From Kiritimatiellia bacterium (lineage in GTDB: Bacteria; Verrucomicrobiota; Kiritimatiellia; RFP12; JBMNHG01), in contig JBMNHG010000008.1 in assembly GCA_050950285.1 (NCBI GenBank), positions 620,001-684,000 on the forward strand: a stretch of 64,000 nt of DNA. The letters run 5' to 3'. Under the pieces are notes generated by a model. That model saw only the letters and a program-made list of their open reading frames with translations, was not told the origin of the DNA and ran no database searches. Each line of letters opens with the position of its first letter. The first letter of the stretch is position 1. Below are positions 1 through 9,832 of this stretch, piece by piece. Position numbers and translations under genes: made by a program.

Positions 1-111
1 CTGGAGTTCGCGGAAGGAGAGCCCCTGGTCGATGAGCAGGGACTCTCCGCGGGAGGAGGTGACGACGATGGCGTTGCCGGAGCTTCCGCTGGCTAGGATG
101 TTGAGGCGCAT
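1..111 (-). CDS. MBL-fold metallo-hydrolase (YycJ/WalJ-like), 5' part only; runs off the window start
   Basis: Reverse strand from ATG at 111 reads MRLNILASGSSGNAIVVTSSRGESLLIDQGLSFRELQ; LASGSSGN...LLID.G is the typical N-terminus of this family. Confidence 0.8.
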   Translation of the reverse strand, partial: MRLNILASGSSGNAIVVTSSRGESLLIDQGLSFRELQ

Positions 112-117
112 GGGGAG

Positions 118-690
118 TTATCGTGTGCCCTGGAAGGGGGGCGGGGTTTCCGCGGCGGCCGTTGCGACGCCCCGCCGGGCGAGTACGTTCCAGACGGTCC
201 GGAAAAGGATCCGGAGGTCGAGCCAGAGGCTGCGGTGATCCACGTACCAGGTGTCGAGGGCGAACTTCTCCTCCCACGAGACGGCGTTCCGTCCGTTCAC
301 CTGCGCCCATCCGGTGATGCCGGGCCGGACCTCGTGGCGGCGCGCCTGTTCGGGCGAGTAGAGGGGGAGGTAGTCCACGAGCAGGGGGCGGGGGCCCACG
401 AGCGACATGTCGCCGCGGAGCACGTTGAGCAGCTGGGGGAGTTCATCCAGGCTGGTGTGGCGCAGGGTTCGGCCGAAGGGGGTGATGCGTTCGGCGTCCG
501 GCGCGTCGCCGGCGAGCATGGTGCGGAACTTGAGGATGGTGAAGACGCGGCCGTGGAGGCCTGCGCGGGGCTGGCGGAAGAGGACAGGTTCCCCCATGCG
601 CCGGCGCACCGCGAGCGCCACGATGGCGAGCGCCGGGAGCCAGAGCGGGGCGGTCGCGATCACGGTGGCGAGGTCGAAGAAGCGTTTCAT
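118..690 (-). CDS. Bacterial sugar transferase (PglC/EpsL-like undecaprenyl-phosphate phosphoglycosyl transferase)
   Basis: C-terminal part of ORF 118..3858, from MKRFFDL; motifs KFRTM, SLDELPQLLNVLRGDMSLVGPRP, RPGITGWAQVNGRN. Confidence 0.93.
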   Translation of the reverse strand: MKRFFDLATVIATAPLWLPALAIVALAVRRRMGEPVLFRQPRAGLHGRVFTILKFRTMLAGDAPDAERITPFGRTLRHTSLDELPQLLNVLRGDMSLVGPRPLLVDYLPLYSPEQARRHEVRPGITGWAQVNGRNAVSWEEKFALDTWYVDHRSLWLDLRILFRTVWNVLARRGVATAAAETPPPFQGTR

Positions 691-1283
691 GGGGGCGGGC
701 GCCTGACGATGCGGGAGGAGAAGCCGAGCATGCCCTTCGCCGCCGGCTTGCGGGGCGGCTTCGGGGGCGCGCCGCGCGGCGCGCCGCCGGGGAGGCGCGC
801 CACCGCCGGTTGCGGGGTGCGGCGGCGCGGGTCGAAGGGGAGGGCGTTCCGGATGCGGCGGACTTCGGGCGGGGCATCGGGGGTGCCGGGGTCGGCCACC
901 ACCTCGACCACGTCGAAGCGGTAGAAGCATTTGGGGAAGCCGGCCTGGCGCAGGTAGGCGGATGCGGCGCGGTTGAGGGCGCGGCGCTTGTCGTGGCGGA
1001 TGGCCGCGGCGGGCCTGCCGAAGGCCTCGCTGCGGCGGCTTTTCACCTCGACGAAGACGATGGAGTCGCCGTCGCGCGCGACGATGTCGATTTCGTCGTG
1101 GCGGTTGGGGCGCACGCGCCGGCCGAGGATGCGGCATCCCTCGCGCTCCAGGAACGCGGCGGCAACGTCCTCCCCCCAGCGTCCGAAGGCGGCGCTGTCG
1201 CCGACGGGCGCAGGTCCTGGGCGTCCGGCGGGGCGGAAGACGCCCGCGACGCGGCGGAGGAAGGTGGAGACGGAATCGAACAT
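687..1283 (-). CDS. yraN: YraN family (UPF0102) PD-(D/E)xK nuclease-like protein with N- and C-terminal extensions
   Basis: GRWGEDVAAAFL, EIDIVARDGDSIVFVEVKSR, YRFDVVEV. Confidence 0.85.
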   Translation of the reverse strand: MFDSVSTFLRRVAGVFRPAGRPGPAPVGDSAAFGRWGEDVAAAFLEREGCRILGRRVRPNRHDEIDIVARDGDSIVFVEVKSRRSEAFGRPAAAIRHDKRRALNRAASAYLRQAGFPKCFYRFDVVEVVADPGTPDAPPEVRRIRNALPFDPRRRTPQPAVARLPGGAPRGAPPKPPRKPAAKGMLGFSSRIVRRPPP

Positions 1284-1301
1284 TCGGTACGCGCCGGCCG
1301 G

Positions 1302-3662
1302 TCAGTCGAAGCCGATCCAGACCACCCAGTGGCGGGTGTCGGTGTATTCGTCGTCTTCTTCGATGGGGATGGCGTAGTCGAAGCGGATGGGGAAGCCGGG
1401 GAGGTCGATGCGGATGCCGACGCCATAGGAGGCGGCGTATTCGCCGAAGTCGGCGTCGAAGGGGTCGGACCAGACGTTGCCGATGTCGAAGAAGCCGACC
1501 AGGCGGAACCACTTGCCCAGGGGGATGCCGTACTCCGCGGAGGCCATCGCGAGGGTCTGGCCGCCGACGGAGCGGTAGTAGCCGGAGTCTTCGAAGCCGG
1601 GTTCGGCGTAGAGGGCCTTGGGGCCCACGCCGCGGTAGTCGAAGCCGCGCAGGGTGCGCCCGCCGCCGAGGTAGAGGCGGTCGGCCACGTGGAGGACGTC
1701 GCCGTCGTCGTAGGTGTCGACGGTTTCGGCGCGCAGTTTCACGCTGAGCACGTGGTCGAACCAGAGGGGGAACCAGTTGTTGAAGGTGATGCCGGTCCTG
1801 TAGAGCTCGTTGTCCGAGCCCAGCCAGGCGTTCCGCGTCTCGAAGAAGATCGAGGTCTGCATGCCGCGGGTGGGGACGAAGGCCCTGTTGCGGGTGTCGA
1901 ACGACCATGCGAGGCGCAGCCTGCCGTTGAGCTGGCGGTCTTCGATGTCCGTGAAGAAGAAGGGCGTGGAGGGGTCTTCGGAGAGCACGTAGGCGCCTTT
2001 GGGGAAGTCGTCGAACTCCACGGTCTCGATTCCATAGCGCACGGTGAGGCGTCCGGGGACAATGCGCGCGGGGAAGGCGAGGCTCGCGCCGGCGCCGATG
2101 CGGCATTCGTCGAACTCGTCGTACCGGTTTTCGCGGCGGTAGGCGTCCACGGTCAGGTTCAGGCGGCGGTCGAGGAACCAGGGTTCGCTCACCGAGACAT
2201 CGATCGAGGTGCGGGATTTGGCGACCTCCATGCTGGCGCGCGCCTTCTGCCCTGCTCCGCGGAAGGTGGGCCAGTTGGCGATGTCGAAGTTCCCCTGCGA
2301 GATTTCGGCGTATCCGAGGAGGTTGTCGATGCTGGAGAAGCCCGCGCCGACCATGAACTGGCCGGTCCGCCTCTCGGTGACTTCGTAGACCAGGTCGCGC
2401 CGGCTTGGGTCGCCTGGCACGGGCGTATCGAAGAAGCGGACGGTTTCGAAGAAGCCGAGGTTCTGGAGGCGGCGCTGGTCGCGGGCGGCGGCGACTTCGT
2501 CGTAGACCTCGCCGGGGTTCAGGGAGATTTCGCGGCGGATCGCCTTGTCCTTCGTGGCGGAATTGCCCCGGACGAAGATGTTGCGCACGTAGGCGAGGGC
2601 GCTTTCGCGCACTTCGAAGCGGATGGCGATGGCGGCCTCGCCGCCGGGGACGGGTTCGGTGGCGATGCGGACGTCGGTGTCGACGTAGCCGCGGGAGGTG
2701 AAGACCTCCCGGACGCGGCGGGCGGCTTCCCGGATGCCGGAGCGGGAGGCCACGGCGCCGGGGGCGACGGGGCGCGCCGCGTCGAGCACCATGGCCTTGT
2801 CGAAGAGGGTCACGCCGGACACGTCCACCGAAGCGACATGGTAGAGCGGGCCTTCCTCGATGGCGAAGACGAGGTGCTGTCCACTGCCTTCGGTCACGAC
2901 GCGCGGGGAGGCCACGCGGGCGTCGAGGTAGCCGGCGTCGAAGTACAATTCGCGCACTGCGTTCCGGACCCCCTCGCGTTCGCCGGCGGTGAAGTCTTTC
3001 TTGCGGAAGTAGTACAGCGGATGCCACGGCGAGGGGATGCCCAGTCCCGCGCGCAACTTCGGGGAAGCGATGGCGGAATTGCCCTCGAAGCGCATTCCGA
3101 GCACCTTGTTCTTTTCGCCTTCCTCGATGCGGATGGCCACATCGCCGTAGCCGGGCGCGTCCGGACTGGGGGTCACGCGGCCCTCGACGCGGACGTCGGG
3201 GTAGTGCTTCTTGCGGTATCGGTCGCGCACCTTGGCGCAGTGGGTGGCGAGCACGGCGTCGTCGAGGAACTTGCCTGCGGGGATGTCGAGCCACTTGCGG
3301 ATCTTGCCGCTGCCGAAGGCGTCGTTGCCCCGCACGACGATCGTGTCCGAGAAACGCAGGCGGCGGCGCACCACGAAGACGACGCGCGCGCCGCCGTCCC
3401 CGAGCGCCTCCACCTCCACGCCGGCGTAGCTGAAGCGCTCCGAATCCAGCAGGGCGCGGACGTCGCGCGACAGCACCTCCTGCGACACCGGGGCGCCGGC
3501 GCGCACGGACGCCAGCGCCAGCACGTACTGCCTGTCGGCGGGGAGGTCGTCGTCCAGATGGCGCACGTCGATTTCGCGGACGATGGCGTCCCCCGCCGCC
3601 TGGGCGGCCGCGAAGACGGGGAGAAGGAGGACGAGGGCGAGGAGGGGGAAGGTGCGTTTCAT
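1302..3662 (-). CDS. bamA: Outer membrane protein assembly factor BamA
   Basis: Signal peptide, POTRA repeats, GGGRTLRGFDYRG loop-6 motif, C-terminal barrel ending WIGFD; 786 aa. Confidence 0.92.
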   Translation of the reverse strand: MKRTFPLLALVLLLPVFAAAQAAGDAIVREIDVRHLDDDLPADRQYVLALASVRAGAPVSQEVLSRDVRALLDSERFSYAGVEVEALGDGGARVVFVVRRRLRFSDTIVVRGNDAFGSGKIRKWLDIPAGKFLDDAVLATHCAKVRDRYRKKHYPDVRVEGRVTPSPDAPGYGDVAIRIEEGEKNKVLGMRFEGNSAIASPKLRAGLGIPSPWHPLYYFRKKDFTAGEREGVRNAVRELYFDAGYLDARVASPRVVTEGSGQHLVFAIEEGPLYHVASVDVSGVTLFDKAMVLDAARPVAPGAVASRSGIREAARRVREVFTSRGYVDTDVRIATEPVPGGEAAIAIRFEVRESALAYVRNIFVRGNSATKDKAIRREISLNPGEVYDEVAAARDQRRLQNLGFFETVRFFDTPVPGDPSRRDLVYEVTERRTGQFMVGAGFSSIDNLLGYAEISQGNFDIANWPTFRGAGQKARASMEVAKSRTSIDVSVSEPWFLDRRLNLTVDAYRRENRYDEFDECRIGAGASLAFPARIVPGRLTVRYGIETVEFDDFPKGAYVLSEDPSTPFFFTDIEDRQLNGRLRLAWSFDTRNRAFVPTRGMQTSIFFETRNAWLGSDNELYRTGITFNNWFPLWFDHVLSVKLRAETVDTYDDGDVLHVADRLYLGGGRTLRGFDYRGVGPKALYAEPGFEDSGYYRSVGGQTLAMASAEYGIPLGKWFRLVGFFDIGNVWSDPFDADFGEYAASYGVGIRIDLPGFPIRFDYAIPIEEDDEYTDTRHWVVWIGFD

Positions 3663-3736
3663 GGGGGATGCGGGAGGCTCGCGGATCGGTGGTCAACGGC
3701 GCGGGGGGAAGGCCGGGGCCGTCGCCCCAGGGTGGA

Positions 3737-4312
3737 TTACTCCCCGGCCTCTCCGCCCGCGGGGGCTTCCGCAGGGGCGGCCGCGGGATAGAGCATGGCC
3801 TGGATGCGCTCCTCGATTTTCTCGGCGAGCAGTTCGGCGGCGGCTTCCTTCTGGGCATCCTTGGCCTCGCGGATCTTGGCCTTCTCCCGCTGCTTGGCCG
3901 TCATGCTCTTTCTCTTCTTCTTCTTGCCGCCCTTTTCGAAGGCGTCGTCGATGGCGCGTTCTTCGAGGGTGTCGAGTTTCTTCTGGGCGGACTGCCGGTC
4001 GGTGAAGGTGCCTTTCACCTCGGCCTTGCGGGGGGCGAGCTTCGCGGCCGGGAAGATTTCGCCTTTGGAGAGCTCGTCCTCCATCCACTCCTTCTTCAGC
4101 TCGGCGAGGACCTTCGGGAAGCACCGCTCCTCCTTCTGGATTTCCTTCAGGAGGGCGCTCCTCTCCGGGCCGGTCATCAGTTCGTAGGAGGGCTGCTTCG
4201 CGAAATCGGTGATCTTCATGAGGTAGATCATCTCCGCGCGGGCGAGAGTCGCCGCAAGGCACAGGCCGGCCAGGGCGAAGAGAAAACGGGAACGGGGCGT
4301 GAACGGTTTCAT
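3737..4312 (-). CDS. Hypothetical exported protein (Lys/Glu-rich)
   Basis: Start MKPFTPRSRFLFALAGLCLAATLARA, signal-peptide-like, preceded by a GGAG RBS; high-GC3 codon use. Confidence 0.7.
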   Translation of the reverse strand: MKPFTPRSRFLFALAGLCLAATLARAEMIYLMKITDFAKQPSYELMTGPERSALLKEIQKEERCFPKVLAELKKEWMEDELSKGEIFPAAKLAPRKAEVKGTFTDRQSAQKKLDTLEERAIDDAFEKGGKKKKRKSMTAKQREKAKIREAKDAQKEAAAELLAEKIEERIQAMLYPAAAPAEAPAGGEAGE

Positions 4313-4382
4313 GGTGTCATCTCCTGGGGTTTTCGGCATCGTTTTGCCAATGGAACCAGTTTGAAAGGTACTCCCCCGAAAG

Positions 4383-5003
4383 TCAAGCCATCGCAATCCC
4401 TGCGCGTGGGCGCGGAGGCTGTCGCCCGTCTTGCGCGAACGGCGCGCCGCGGGCGGCGAACCAGTCGCGGACGGTTTCGGCGGGAAGCCCGCGGATGTTC
4501 GAGGCGGACCCGCGGATTTCGCGCACGAAGGGCCGGAGCGAGTCCAAGTCGTAGGCGCCGGCGCGGTCGATCGTGCCGAAGCGGGCGAGGTAGTCCCGGG
4601 CGTCCGCCTCCGTAATGGCGCCGAAGGAGATCCACGACCGCTCCGCCCGGGATTCCGGTGCGCCGTGGGGGGCGGCGAAGATCATGCCCGTCACCACGAG
4701 TTGCTCCCGGTTGGAGTACGAGCGGAGCATCCGCACGCCCTCTTCGACGGTCGCCGGCTTGCCCAGGCACGCCCCGTCGATGAACACGACGGTGTCCGCG
4801 GTGAGCATCCAGCGATCCATGAAACGCGGGCGCAGGGCGTCGAATTTCCGCCGTGCGTTCTCGACGGCGGTGCGCACGGGATCGCCGGGGAAGAGGATTT
4901 CCTCGGTTTCCGCGGTGGCGACATCGAAGGGGAAGCCCAGGCCGCGCAGCACGTGGTGGCGGCGTGCCGACGCCGTCCCCAGAAGAATCGGTTTGTCATC
5001 CAT
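4383..5003 (-). CDS. maf: Maf family nucleoside triphosphate pyrophosphatase
   Basis: ILLGTASARR, LTADTVVF, LGKP, RAGAY, SNIRGLP motifs. Confidence 0.88.
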   Translation of the reverse strand: MDDKPILLGTASARRHHVLRGLGFPFDVATAETEEILFPGDPVRTAVENARRKFDALRPRFMDRWMLTADTVVFIDGACLGKPATVEEGVRMLRSYSNREQLVVTGMIFAAPHGAPESRAERSWISFGAITEADARDYLARFGTIDRAGAYDLDSLRPFVREIRGSASNIRGLPAETVRDWFAARGAPFAQDGRQPPRPRAGIAMA

Positions 5004-5275
5004 ACGGTTTCCATGCCCTGGGATACGGCGTCCGTCCAACGGCGGGATCCCCTGCATCTCCTTAAAAACACGGGGCACTGTACAACAGGCCGGGCGCGAT
5101 GTCCACGTCCGTCGACGCCGGATGCGCCCACAATCGGATTGACAAGGAAAGCCGGGATGGTGGAAAATTCCACCGTATGCGTGCGTTCCATGCCTTCGCC
5201 GTGTAAACTGTCTGGACTGTTTGCCTCCAAGCCATTTGACCGATCCGCCCATCCATCCTCAAGGAGAGTCGCCCC

Positions 5276-6241
5276 ATGCGCAAGCTGATCTTCGTTCTCG
5301 TCTCCGCCGCGGTCGCGGCCACGCTTTCCGCCTCCGCCGCGGAACATCTGGTGCTGGCCGTGCCGGCCCGCCACATGCTCGTGAATTTCGGTTTCGACGC
5401 CCATCGCCTCGCGGGCGGCCGGATGGATCTGGTCTGCTACGGGACGCGCACGGGCACGGACGATCCGTCGACGATGGAAATCAACCTGTTCGACGCCGCC
5501 GAAAACCGCTGGAGGCAGGTTGGCGGCGAGGCCTGGCGCAGCGGCGTCCTGTTCCGCGGCGCCGATTCCCTCGTGGTCGTCGGCGAAGGCGCGATGGCCG
5601 AGGCCATGCAGCGCACGACCTGGGCCGGGAAGAACGTCCAGGCCGTCCGCGGGGAGCGGTTGAGCGACGTGGCCAACCTCGTGGGCTCCGAGCTGGACTT
5701 CACGCGCGCCCAATGGAAGTCCCTGGCCAGGGACTACGGCTTCACGCTGCAGGACCGGAACGCCGGGGCGCCCCGCAAGAGCTACCGCCGCCGGATGAAG
5801 GAACAGAAGGAACGGGAGGCCGCCGAAGCCCGCGCCGCCGCATTGACCATCCTCCGCCCCGTTCCGATGGGTGGCGGCGCCGAGATCCCCACCGCCGCCG
5901 CGCCTGTCGCCGATGCTCCCGCCCCGGCCCCCGTCGTGGAGGCCCCCGTCGTGGAAGCGGTACCGGAAGCGCCCGCCGTCGAGACGCCGGTTGTCGAGAC
6001 GCCGGTTGTCGAGGCGCCCGTCGTCCTGGTTCCGGAGGCACCCGCCGTCGAGGCGCCCGTTCCGGAGGCCCCCCTTGCTCCGGAAGCGCCTGCGGCTCCG
6101 GCGGAGCCGGAGGTGCCTGCCGCCCCCGTCGTGGAAGCGCCCGCCGTCGAGGTGCCCGTGGCTTCCGCGCCGATCCTGGTGATCCGCGCTCCGGAGGGCG
6201 AAGAAGCCCCGCCGGATCCGGCCGCCCCCGTCGAACCGTAA
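5276..6241 (+). CDS. Hypothetical secreted protein with Pro/Ala/Val/Glu low-complexity C-terminal tail
   Basis: AAGGAG RBS, signal peptide MRKLIFVLVSAAVAATLSASA, repeated EAPVV/EAPAV units. Confidence 0.8.
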   Translation: MRKLIFVLVSAAVAATLSASAAEHLVLAVPARHMLVNFGFDAHRLAGGRMDLVCYGTRTGTDDPSTMEINLFDAAENRWRQVGGEAWRSGVLFRGADSLVVVGEGAMAEAMQRTTWAGKNVQAVRGERLSDVANLVGSELDFTRAQWKSLARDYGFTLQDRNAGAPRKSYRRRMKEQKEREAAEARAAALTILRPVPMGGGAEIPTAAAPVADAPAPAPVVEAPVVEAVPEAPAVETPVVETPVVEAPVVLVPEAPAVEAPVPEAPLAPEAPAAPAEPEVPAAPVVEAPAVEVPVASAPILVIRAPEGEEAPPDPAAPVEP

Positions 6242-6308
6242 TCCGGAATTCCCTGCCCAGAGGCAATTCGAACGTTTCTTTTTTTTGAATCATTTCCAGG
6301 AGGCTCCC

Positions 6309-9300
6309 ATGGCATTGTTTTCAGCAACCAACCAGAACAAATCCCGTCTGGATTGGACCGTAGGCTTGCTGGTCGGAGGCGTCGCCCTCCTCGTTTACCT
6401 GGCCACCATGGTCCGCGGCTTCTATCCCGGACTGTCCGCCACGCTCGCCGCGCAGGTCACGGGGCTGACGCTTGCCCCGCTGCCGGACCATCCGCTGTGG
6501 ACGCTGGCGGCGCAGGGCCTGCTGAAGGTCTTCGGCTTTTCGCCCTTCCTGCTGAACTCCTTCAGCGCGGTCTGCGGCGCCCTTTCGGTTTTCCTCTTCT
6601 ACGGCCTGGTCTCCAGGGCGGTCTTCGCGTCGATCAACCAGCAGATCAGCATGGAGAGGAACGCGGTGCGCGCCAGCGTGTTCGCGGGCCTTTTCGCGTC
6701 GGTGGCCCTCGCCTTCAGCATGGCGGTATGGACTGCTTCCACGCGCTTCCTGCCCTATTCCTGGGATCTCCTGCTCCTGCTCCTTTCCTTTACGATGCTC
6801 GGTCGCTACCTGAAGACCTCGAATCCGGGATGGGTGGCCGGCATCTCCTTCCTGCTGGGGGTCGGAATCGTCGAGACGCCCGCCTTCATCCCCTTCGCGG
6901 CGGTCATCGGGACCTGGCTCATGAGCTACTGGATTCGTTCGCCGAGGGGCTTCCGCGGAAGCTATCTCGCGATCATCCTGATCTTCGGAATCCTCGGCCT
7001 CTGCATGTACCTCGTCGCGGGATGGCGCTTCGCCGCGGCCAACAACCTGGCGGACTTCGAATACTCCTCGTTCCTGGACGTGGTGTGGAAATACCTCCTC
7101 GCACAGTTCAAGTGGGCGCGCGCCTTCTTCCACAGGAACATCCCGTGGCTCCTCGTGCTCCTCTTCGCCTTCGTGCCCTGGCTGGTGGTGCTGGTCACCG
7201 CCTCGCGCGGCCTCAACGAGACGCGCGACTGGGTCTTCTATGTGATGCACATCGCCTGGACGATCTTCACGCTGGTCGTGATCGGGAACGCCTATGGCTC
7301 CCCCTGGGCCGCACTGGCCACCTACAACCGCGTGCCCGTCTTCCTGCAGGCCTGCGCGGCGGCGACCGCCGGCTACCTCGTCGCGTACTGGTACCTGCTG
7401 ATGGCCAACCGGCCCGCCGGCGACAGCCGCGGGCGACAGCCCAACGTCCGCGTCGGCGTCGTGCTCGGCTACGTCTTCACCGTGCCCCTGATGGTCCTGA
7501 TCGCCGCCACCGTGCTCGTCAACGCCGCCCGGTCGTACGGCCCCCGCGGCGATTTCGCCGGAACGTGCGCCCGCGAGTTCATCGCGGGGCTCGACGGCCG
7601 CCGGTGGGTTGTCGGGGATGGCATCTTCGACTCCCACATCCTGCTCGAGGCGCGCCGCATGGGTTACGACATCCGCCTGGTGTCCTTCGCGCACGACCGC
7701 AATCCCGCCTACCTCAGCCGCCTCCGCAGCTACGTGGAGAACGATCCGGAGTTCGAATCCCTCGACCGCCTCCGCCTCGGCAATTCGACCCAGCTCGGCT
7801 CGCTGGCCTTCCTCCAGGACTGGTGCGCCGACGACGAATCCATCGGCAAGAAGATCGTCATGCTGAACACTCCGGACATCCTTCTCGGATCCGGCCTCAC
7901 CGTCGCCCCCTGCCGCCTGGGCTTCGTGGGCGTGCGCGACCGCGAATCCCTCAAGGACCACGACTTCCTCGCCGAATACGGGCCCTTCTGGGACCGCATG
8001 GAGAAGCTCCTCCCCCGCACCGCCAAGAACTACGCCCCCGATGCCGCCGACTTCCTCCGCAGCCACCTCCGCCGCCAGGTCGGCTTCGTCGCCAACAACC
8101 TGGGCGTGCTGCTCGAGGATCTCGATCGGCCCGAAGAAGCCTTCCAGGTGTACCGCCGCGTCCGCGAAATCGACCGCGAGAACGCCAGCGCGCTCCTGAA
8201 CCTGGTCGAGATGGTCGTGAGCAAAGGCTACCACCCCGAGTTGAAGGACGAGATCCAGCGGGAGGCGAACGACTTCATCGAGAACCTCCCCAGCCGCCTC
8301 CCCGTCTGGGCGCTCTCGCGCCACTTCGGATACGTGCGGTCTCCGCAGCCCTTCGCCCAGCTGGGCCTCTCCTGGGCCATCTCCGGACAGCCCTCCTTCG
8401 CGCTGAGCGGCCTCGCCCGCGCCATCGAGCTCGCCCCCGACGCCGACCGCGCCGACATCCAGGGCATCCTGGCCGACATGCTGCTGATGCAGCACGAGCA
8501 GGAGCAGTCCGAGGCGATTCTCGCGGAAATCCTCGAACACGACCCCGTGAACCAGCGCGCCCTGCTCTCGATGGCGCGCATCGCCACCAGCCAAGGCTCG
8601 CTCGACAAGGCCCTCGAATGGCTCGAAAAGGCGCAGGACGCCGGCGTGGATACCACCCGCCTCGCCGTGGAATGGGCCTCCGTGCACCTCGCCGGCGGCG
8701 AGCCCGGGAAGGCCCTGGCCGAACTGTCGTCCGTCACCGAAATCCAGCCGACCAACCTCAAGGCCTGGGGCCTCATGGCCCTCGCCCAGATCCAGCTCGG
8801 CAAGATGGACGACGCCCAGAGGACGCTCGACCGCATGGAATCCATCACCGGCGGCCCCGACCATTTCCTCATCCAGGTCACCCGCGGACAGATCGCCTAC
8901 CGCCGGGGCGCCGAGGGCCTCTCCGACGCCCGCGACGCCTTCGAGCGCGCCTACGCGCTCCATCCCTCGTCGTCCATGATCCTCGAGTGGCTCCTCCGCC
9001 TGGACTGGATGACGAACGACAAGCGGCGCGGCGAGCTCCACGCCCTCGACCTCCTCCGCCTCAACCGCGAGAACTACCTCGGCAACTACATCATGGGCTC
9101 CCTCATGATGGACTACGGCCGCATCGAGGATGCCGAGCAATACCTCCGCCGAAGCATCGCTTCGTTCCCCACCGCCGCCGCGTACAACGACCTCGGCGAG
9201 CTCCTCCGCCAGCGCAACCGCCTCGACGAGGCCGAACAATGCGGGCGCAAGGCCATCGAACTGGGCGGCGAGGAGTTCGCCGAAGGCTACGACACCCTCG

Positions 9301-9545
9301 CCTGCATCCTCGCGGACGCCGGGCGCATGGACGAGGCCGAGCCCCTGTTCGAACGCGCCATCCAGCTCTTCAATGGCGACTATCGCGCCCATATCCACTT
9401 CGCCCGCTTCCTTCAGAAGAAGGGCGATTTGCGCCGCGCCCGCGAGCTGGCCAACCAAGTCCAGGCCGAGCGCGACAAGCTCCCCGACGCCGTGAGGAGG
9501 GAAGTGGACAAGCTCTTGGCCGACCTCAAGCCCAAGATGAACTGA
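6309..9545 (+). CDS. Polytopic membrane protein, DUF2723/TMEM260-like GT-C N-terminal region plus C-terminal TPR array
   Basis: AGGAGG RBS; about 11 hydrophobic segments; YLATM..HPLWTL..LNSFSA..AFS..VW pattern; TPR motifs such as ANNLGVLLEDLDRPEEA and AYNDLGELL. Confidence 0.72.
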   Translation: MALFSATNQNKSRLDWTVGLLVGGVALLVYLATMVRGFYPGLSATLAAQVTGLTLAPLPDHPLWTLAAQGLLKVFGFSPFLLNSFSAVCGALSVFLFYGLVSRAVFASINQQISMERNAVRASVFAGLFASVALAFSMAVWTASTRFLPYSWDLLLLLLSFTMLGRYLKTSNPGWVAGISFLLGVGIVETPAFIPFAAVIGTWLMSYWIRSPRGFRGSYLAIILIFGILGLCMYLVAGWRFAAANNLADFEYSSFLDVVWKYLLAQFKWARAFFHRNIPWLLVLLFAFVPWLVVLVTASRGLNETRDWVFYVMHIAWTIFTLVVIGNAYGSPWAALATYNRVPVFLQACAAATAGYLVAYWYLLMANRPAGDSRGRQPNVRVGVVLGYVFTVPLMVLIAATVLVNAARSYGPRGDFAGTCAREFIAGLDGRRWVVGDGIFDSHILLEARRMGYDIRLVSFAHDRNPAYLSRLRSYVENDPEFESLDRLRLGNSTQLGSLAFLQDWCADDESIGKKIVMLNTPDILLGSGLTVAPCRLGFVGVRDRESLKDHDFLAEYGPFWDRMEKLLPRTAKNYAPDAADFLRSHLRRQVGFVANNLGVLLEDLDRPEEAFQVYRRVREIDRENASALLNLVEMVVSKGYHPELKDEIQREANDFIENLPSRLPVWALSRHFGYVRSPQPFAQLGLSWAISGQPSFALSGLARAIELAPDADRADIQGILADMLLMQHEQEQSEAILAEILEHDPVNQRALLSMARIATSQGSLDKALEWLEKAQDAGVDTTRLAVEWASVHLAGGEPGKALAELSSVTEIQPTNLKAWGLMALAQIQLGKMDDAQRTLDRMESITGGPDHFLIQVTRGQIAYRRGAEGLSDARDAFERAYALHPSSSMILEWLLRLDWMTNDKRRGELHALDLLRLNRENYLGNYIMGSLMMDYGRIEDAEQYLRRSIASFPTAAAYNDLGELLRQRNRLDEAEQCGRKAIELGGEEFAEGYDTLACILADAGRMDEAEPLFERAIQLFNGDYRAHIHFARFLQKKGDLRRARELANQVQAERDKLPDAVRREVDKLLADLKPKMN

Positions 9546-9548
9546 CCC

Positions 9549-9592
9549 GCCGTTTGCGCCGGGCGCGGCACGCCGCGCCCGGCGCAAACGGC
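9549..9592. repeat. Perfect 21-bp GC-rich palindrome (hairpin) right after the TPR gene stop
   Basis: GCCGTTTGCGCCGGGCGCGGC-AC-GCCGCGCCCGGCGCAAACGGC; no U-tract. Confidence 0.85.
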
Positions 9593-9705
9593 CGTGCACC
9601 GGAACCGCCCGCCGCCAACGTCCTCCGCGCCATCCCCGACCGATGCGTCCCCCAGAAATGGATTGACGCGCAGGGGGGCGTTGTGGCATGGTGCTCCCCG
9701 CTATC

Positions 9706-9790
9706 GCACCCGTGGTGGAATTGGCAGACACGTAAGATTCAGGTTCTTATGTCGCGAGACATGGGGGTTCAAGTCCCTCCGGGTGCACCA
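9706..9790 (+). tRNA. tRNA-Leu(CAG)
   Basis: GCACCCG acceptor, TGGAATTGGCAGACA D-arm, TAAGA-TT-CAG-GT-TCTTA anticodon arm, long variable arm, GGTTCAAGTCC T-arm, encoded CCA. Confidence 0.96.
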
Positions 9791-9796
9791 GTTTCC

Positions 9797-9832
9797 AAAG
9801 AGCCGCCGCAAGCCGTTTGCGGCGGCTTTTTG
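9797..9832 (+). terminator. Intrinsic terminator after tRNA-Leu
   Basis: AGCCGCCGCAA-GCCGT-TTGCGGCGGCT followed by TTTT. Confidence 0.85.

Noticed and set aside
118..3858. Apparent 1246-aa fusion ending in a sugar transferase
   Set aside because: Only the last 190 aa are protein-like; the remainder is an off-frame read of bamA and yraN
5139..5275. Possible riboswitch or sRNA in the maf/hypothetical divergent intergenic region (TTGACA at 5139)
   Set aside because: No recognisable aptamer consensus or strong structure; -10 element weak
9706..9790. tRNA-Leu (and tRNA-His at 62769-62845) as prophage or island integration sites
   Set aside because: No integrase, no duplicated tRNA 3' end seen, and flanking genes look native
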